A DNA stretch of 64,000 nucleotides from positions 65,219-129,218 of IMG/VR virus record IMGVR_UViG_2630968332_000001, one strand, 5' to 3'. The notes under the pieces are model-generated. The model did not search any database. It worked only from the letters and a program-made list of their open reading frames with translations, and was not told the origin of the DNA. Shown here in pieces: positions 61,978 through 64,000 of the stretch. The position numbers were made by a program, and so were the translations under genes. This stretch comes from a virus (Duplodnaviria > Caudoviricetes). The stretch's first letter is position 1. Every line of letters starts with the position of its first letter.

Positions 61978-63018
61978 GGCTACAAAAGCTGCTGGTGTTC
62001 TAAAATTCATGAGCATATTTAATTCAATTTCATCATCTTCTACGAGTTCATAGTTGTCTTTGATGTAATTTCTTACAGCACTAGCCATGAAGTTGCGGAT
62101 ATAAACATAGATAAAGCTGCTAGCATTTCTGATAGTCTCTTTGCCACGATATACATGTTCAGCGATTTGCAATAATGCAGATTCCAACCCTTTAGACAAC
62201 AATTCATTAGTTTCAAAACGTGTAGCCTCACTACTTACTGGAGAGTATAACCATGTATCACTAGATAATAACTTGCTTTCAACTTGGCTCTTTGCTTTGA
62301 AGATAGTGTCTACAAACCATTTAGCTTTGCTGTAACTACCTTGTGATAGTGTCTTGATACGTCCAAATGTAGATTTAGTTAATACAGGAGCTACTTTATC
62401 TTCCAATGATTTAATTACCATATCGTCCAAATCTTGTTCAGTGGGTTGAGAAACAGGTTGTGCACCAGATTTTTGTGCGGGAGTATCTGTTTCATTTGTT
62501 TCTCTTGTAATATTAGATTTAGATTGATTATTGTTAGATTGATTTATTGGACATTTTGGCGAGTTGTCACTAGACATTTTGTCTACAAGCATAGTATCAA
62601 CGTTTTGAGCAACTTCTTCTTTTTCAAAACTAAAGTTAGACCATTTCATCTTTGGTTCTACATCTTCTGGTGTAAGTTCTGGTTGGTTTACATAAATCTT
62701 GAAGTTTCTTAAACCATGACGAACCACTTTAATAAGACCACATTCTACAAGTTTCTTGCGTAGTCTTGTTAATTTACGTGTTGAAATACGCATAATATCT
62801 GCAGCCTCTTCATTTGAGAAGTAGATAAATGCACCATTATCATCTGTAAATGTCTTATTTCCATGTAAACTATGATATTGAGATACTTGTTGACGTTGTT
62901 CATAGATAGAATATAGAACCAAAGCTGACATATCTAAGTTGAAGTATTTTGGGTTATTGAATAAATCTGTATTTACTGGAACGAATGCACGTCCCATAGT
63001 ATTAATGTTTGTGTTCAT
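61975..63018 (-). CDS. repA: RepA_N-family plasmid replication initiator
   Basis: LFNNPKY..L...ALVLYS...DDNGAFIYFSNEE...KKLVECGLI...KIYV. GAAAGGA RBS before ATG 63018. Confidence 0.88.
   Translation of the reverse strand: MNTNINTMGRAFVPVNTDLFNNPKYFNLDMSALVLYSIYEQRQQVSQYHSLHGNKTFTDDNGAFIYFSNEEAADIMRISTRKLTRLRKKLVECGLIKVVRHGLRNFKIYVNQPELTPEDVEPKMKWSNFSFEKEEVAQNVDTMLVDKMSSDNSPKCPINQSNNNQSKSNITRETNETDTPAQKSGAQPVSQPTEQDLDDMVIKSLEDKVAPVLTKSTFGRIKTLSQGSYSKAKWFVDTIFKAKSQVESKLLSSDTWLYSPVSSEATRFETNELLSKGLESALLQIAEHVYRGKETIRNASSFIYVYIRNFMASAVRNYIKDNYELVEDDEIELNMLMNFRTPAAFVA
62512..62584. repeat. Putative intragenic origin / iterons in the repA linker
   Basis: GACATTTTG at 62550 and 62573 next to TTAGATT repeats. 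RepA_N origins typically lie in this linker. Confidence 0.55.
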
Positions 63019-63104
63019 AAGAAACATTCCTTTCGATTGTTTAAACTTTTCTTTATCAATACTATTCAACGTGCATTTTTGCTATTTTATGGTATACTAT
63101 ATGT

Positions 63105-63374
63105 ATACGTAATAACAAAAGCTGTGTTAAACAGTATTGATATTTAATACGTAATAACAAAAGACATTGAATAGTATTGGTGTTTGTATTGATATTTCTT
63201 TTTAAGGCACGTTATCAAAAGACGTCCTGTAAATATTGATTTTTTATATCACCTTCGTTTCTTTGATTTTTGTTTGTAGCTTATCGTTCGCCAAAACGTA
63301 AGCTGTTTGATTTAATAGATTTATTTAATTTTGTTTATCAACCGTAGTTCGCCAAAACTGACGGTTATTTTTTT
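63105..63374 (+). ncRNA. Putative countertranscript (antisense copy-control RNA) to the repA leader
   Basis: TGGTATACT extended -10 at 63090-63098. Two hairpins contain GTTCGCCAAAAC, and the second is followed by a T run. Confidence 0.6.
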
Positions 63375-63459
63375 GTCTAAATTTTATATCAATTTATTTT
63401 AATGTATACTCACGTAATTATCTAATGTACTTACGTGGGTTATTTCTTTAGCATAATAT

Positions 63460-63488
63460 ATCTTACCAGGAAAATGAAGACATGTTAA
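63460..63488 (-). promoter_or_regulatory. Putative repA promoter
   Basis: TTAACA-17-TAAGAT with TG. Confidence 0.5.
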
Positions 63489-63739
63489 GTTTTTTCGTGT
63501 TTTAAAACGTTTTGAGCGTCTTACATGAAGTCTGGCTAATTACACTCATGTACTTTTAAGGTTGCTCACAAGCGATTATATGAAGTCTGGTGGAGAGTTA
63601 TAAGATGTGAGATATGTACGCTGCGTACGTAGTATATGTAACCGCCCTACCCTACTTCTATATGGTAAGGATAACACAAAAGAAAGCGGAATAGTAGGTT
63701 AAATGTTGATGTTTCACTGGTATATGGAGGCGCAGTTCC

Positions 63740-63955
63740 ACATGTACAACCGTACACATGTACACATGTACAACTATGTACAAACACGATACTTTATTTT
63801 TAAATATAAAAATAGTGATTTATTATCGAATTATATACTGTACAAGTACACATGTGGAACTGTACAAATGTACACAATAATTATTATAAAAACATGATTA
63901 TATAAGCATTTATTAAACATCTGTTGTACATTACCACATATATACAAGTACAAAA
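63740..63955. repeat. Clustered TGTACA/GTACA repeats, centromere-like
   Basis: Two dense clusters at 63741-63783 and 63839-63876, plus further copies. Confidence 0.6.
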
Positions 63956-64000
63956 TCACACATTTTATATTATGCTTATTTTTTATTTAGTTAAAATAAT

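Noticed and set aside
63105-63225. Possible CRISPR or type III antitoxin array
   Set aside because: Only two exact 17-bp copies and one degenerate copy, with no cas or ToxN-like gene adjacent.
63703-63897. 64-aa plus-strand ORF
   Set aside because: A translation of the TGTACA repeat tract.

Overview
This is an AT-rich 64 kb segment of a large temperate siphovirus with SPbeta-like gene order, probably from a Lactobacillaceae host. Almost everything lies on the minus strand. Reading right to left: a RepA_N plasmid-type replicon (probable antisense copy-control RNA, iterons, TGTACA centromere-like repeats), two paralogous winged-helix proteins, a sigma-region-4-like regulator and HU. Then terminase (split at Walker A by an ORF-less group I intron), portal, head, neck and tail genes, a 2194-aa tail fibre, holin, an orphan RelB antitoxin, a tyrosine recombinase, tape measure and baseplate. 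After that come a 789-aa nuclease with ten zinc-binding repeats, a GH25-LysM endolysin, and primase, nuclease, DnaE and ATP-dependent ligase. The only convincing plus-strand CDS is a 27-aa type I toxin missed by the ORF track. The combination looks like a phage-plasmid. Most notable: the ten-repeat zinc-array nuclease, four cre-like operators in late-operon intergenic spaces, two conserved leader terminators, a flagellinolysin-like protease fused to the baseplate hub, and a structured RNA complementary to the lysin leader. Three single-base frameshifts may be sequencing errors. All calls come from reading by eye; no searches were run.
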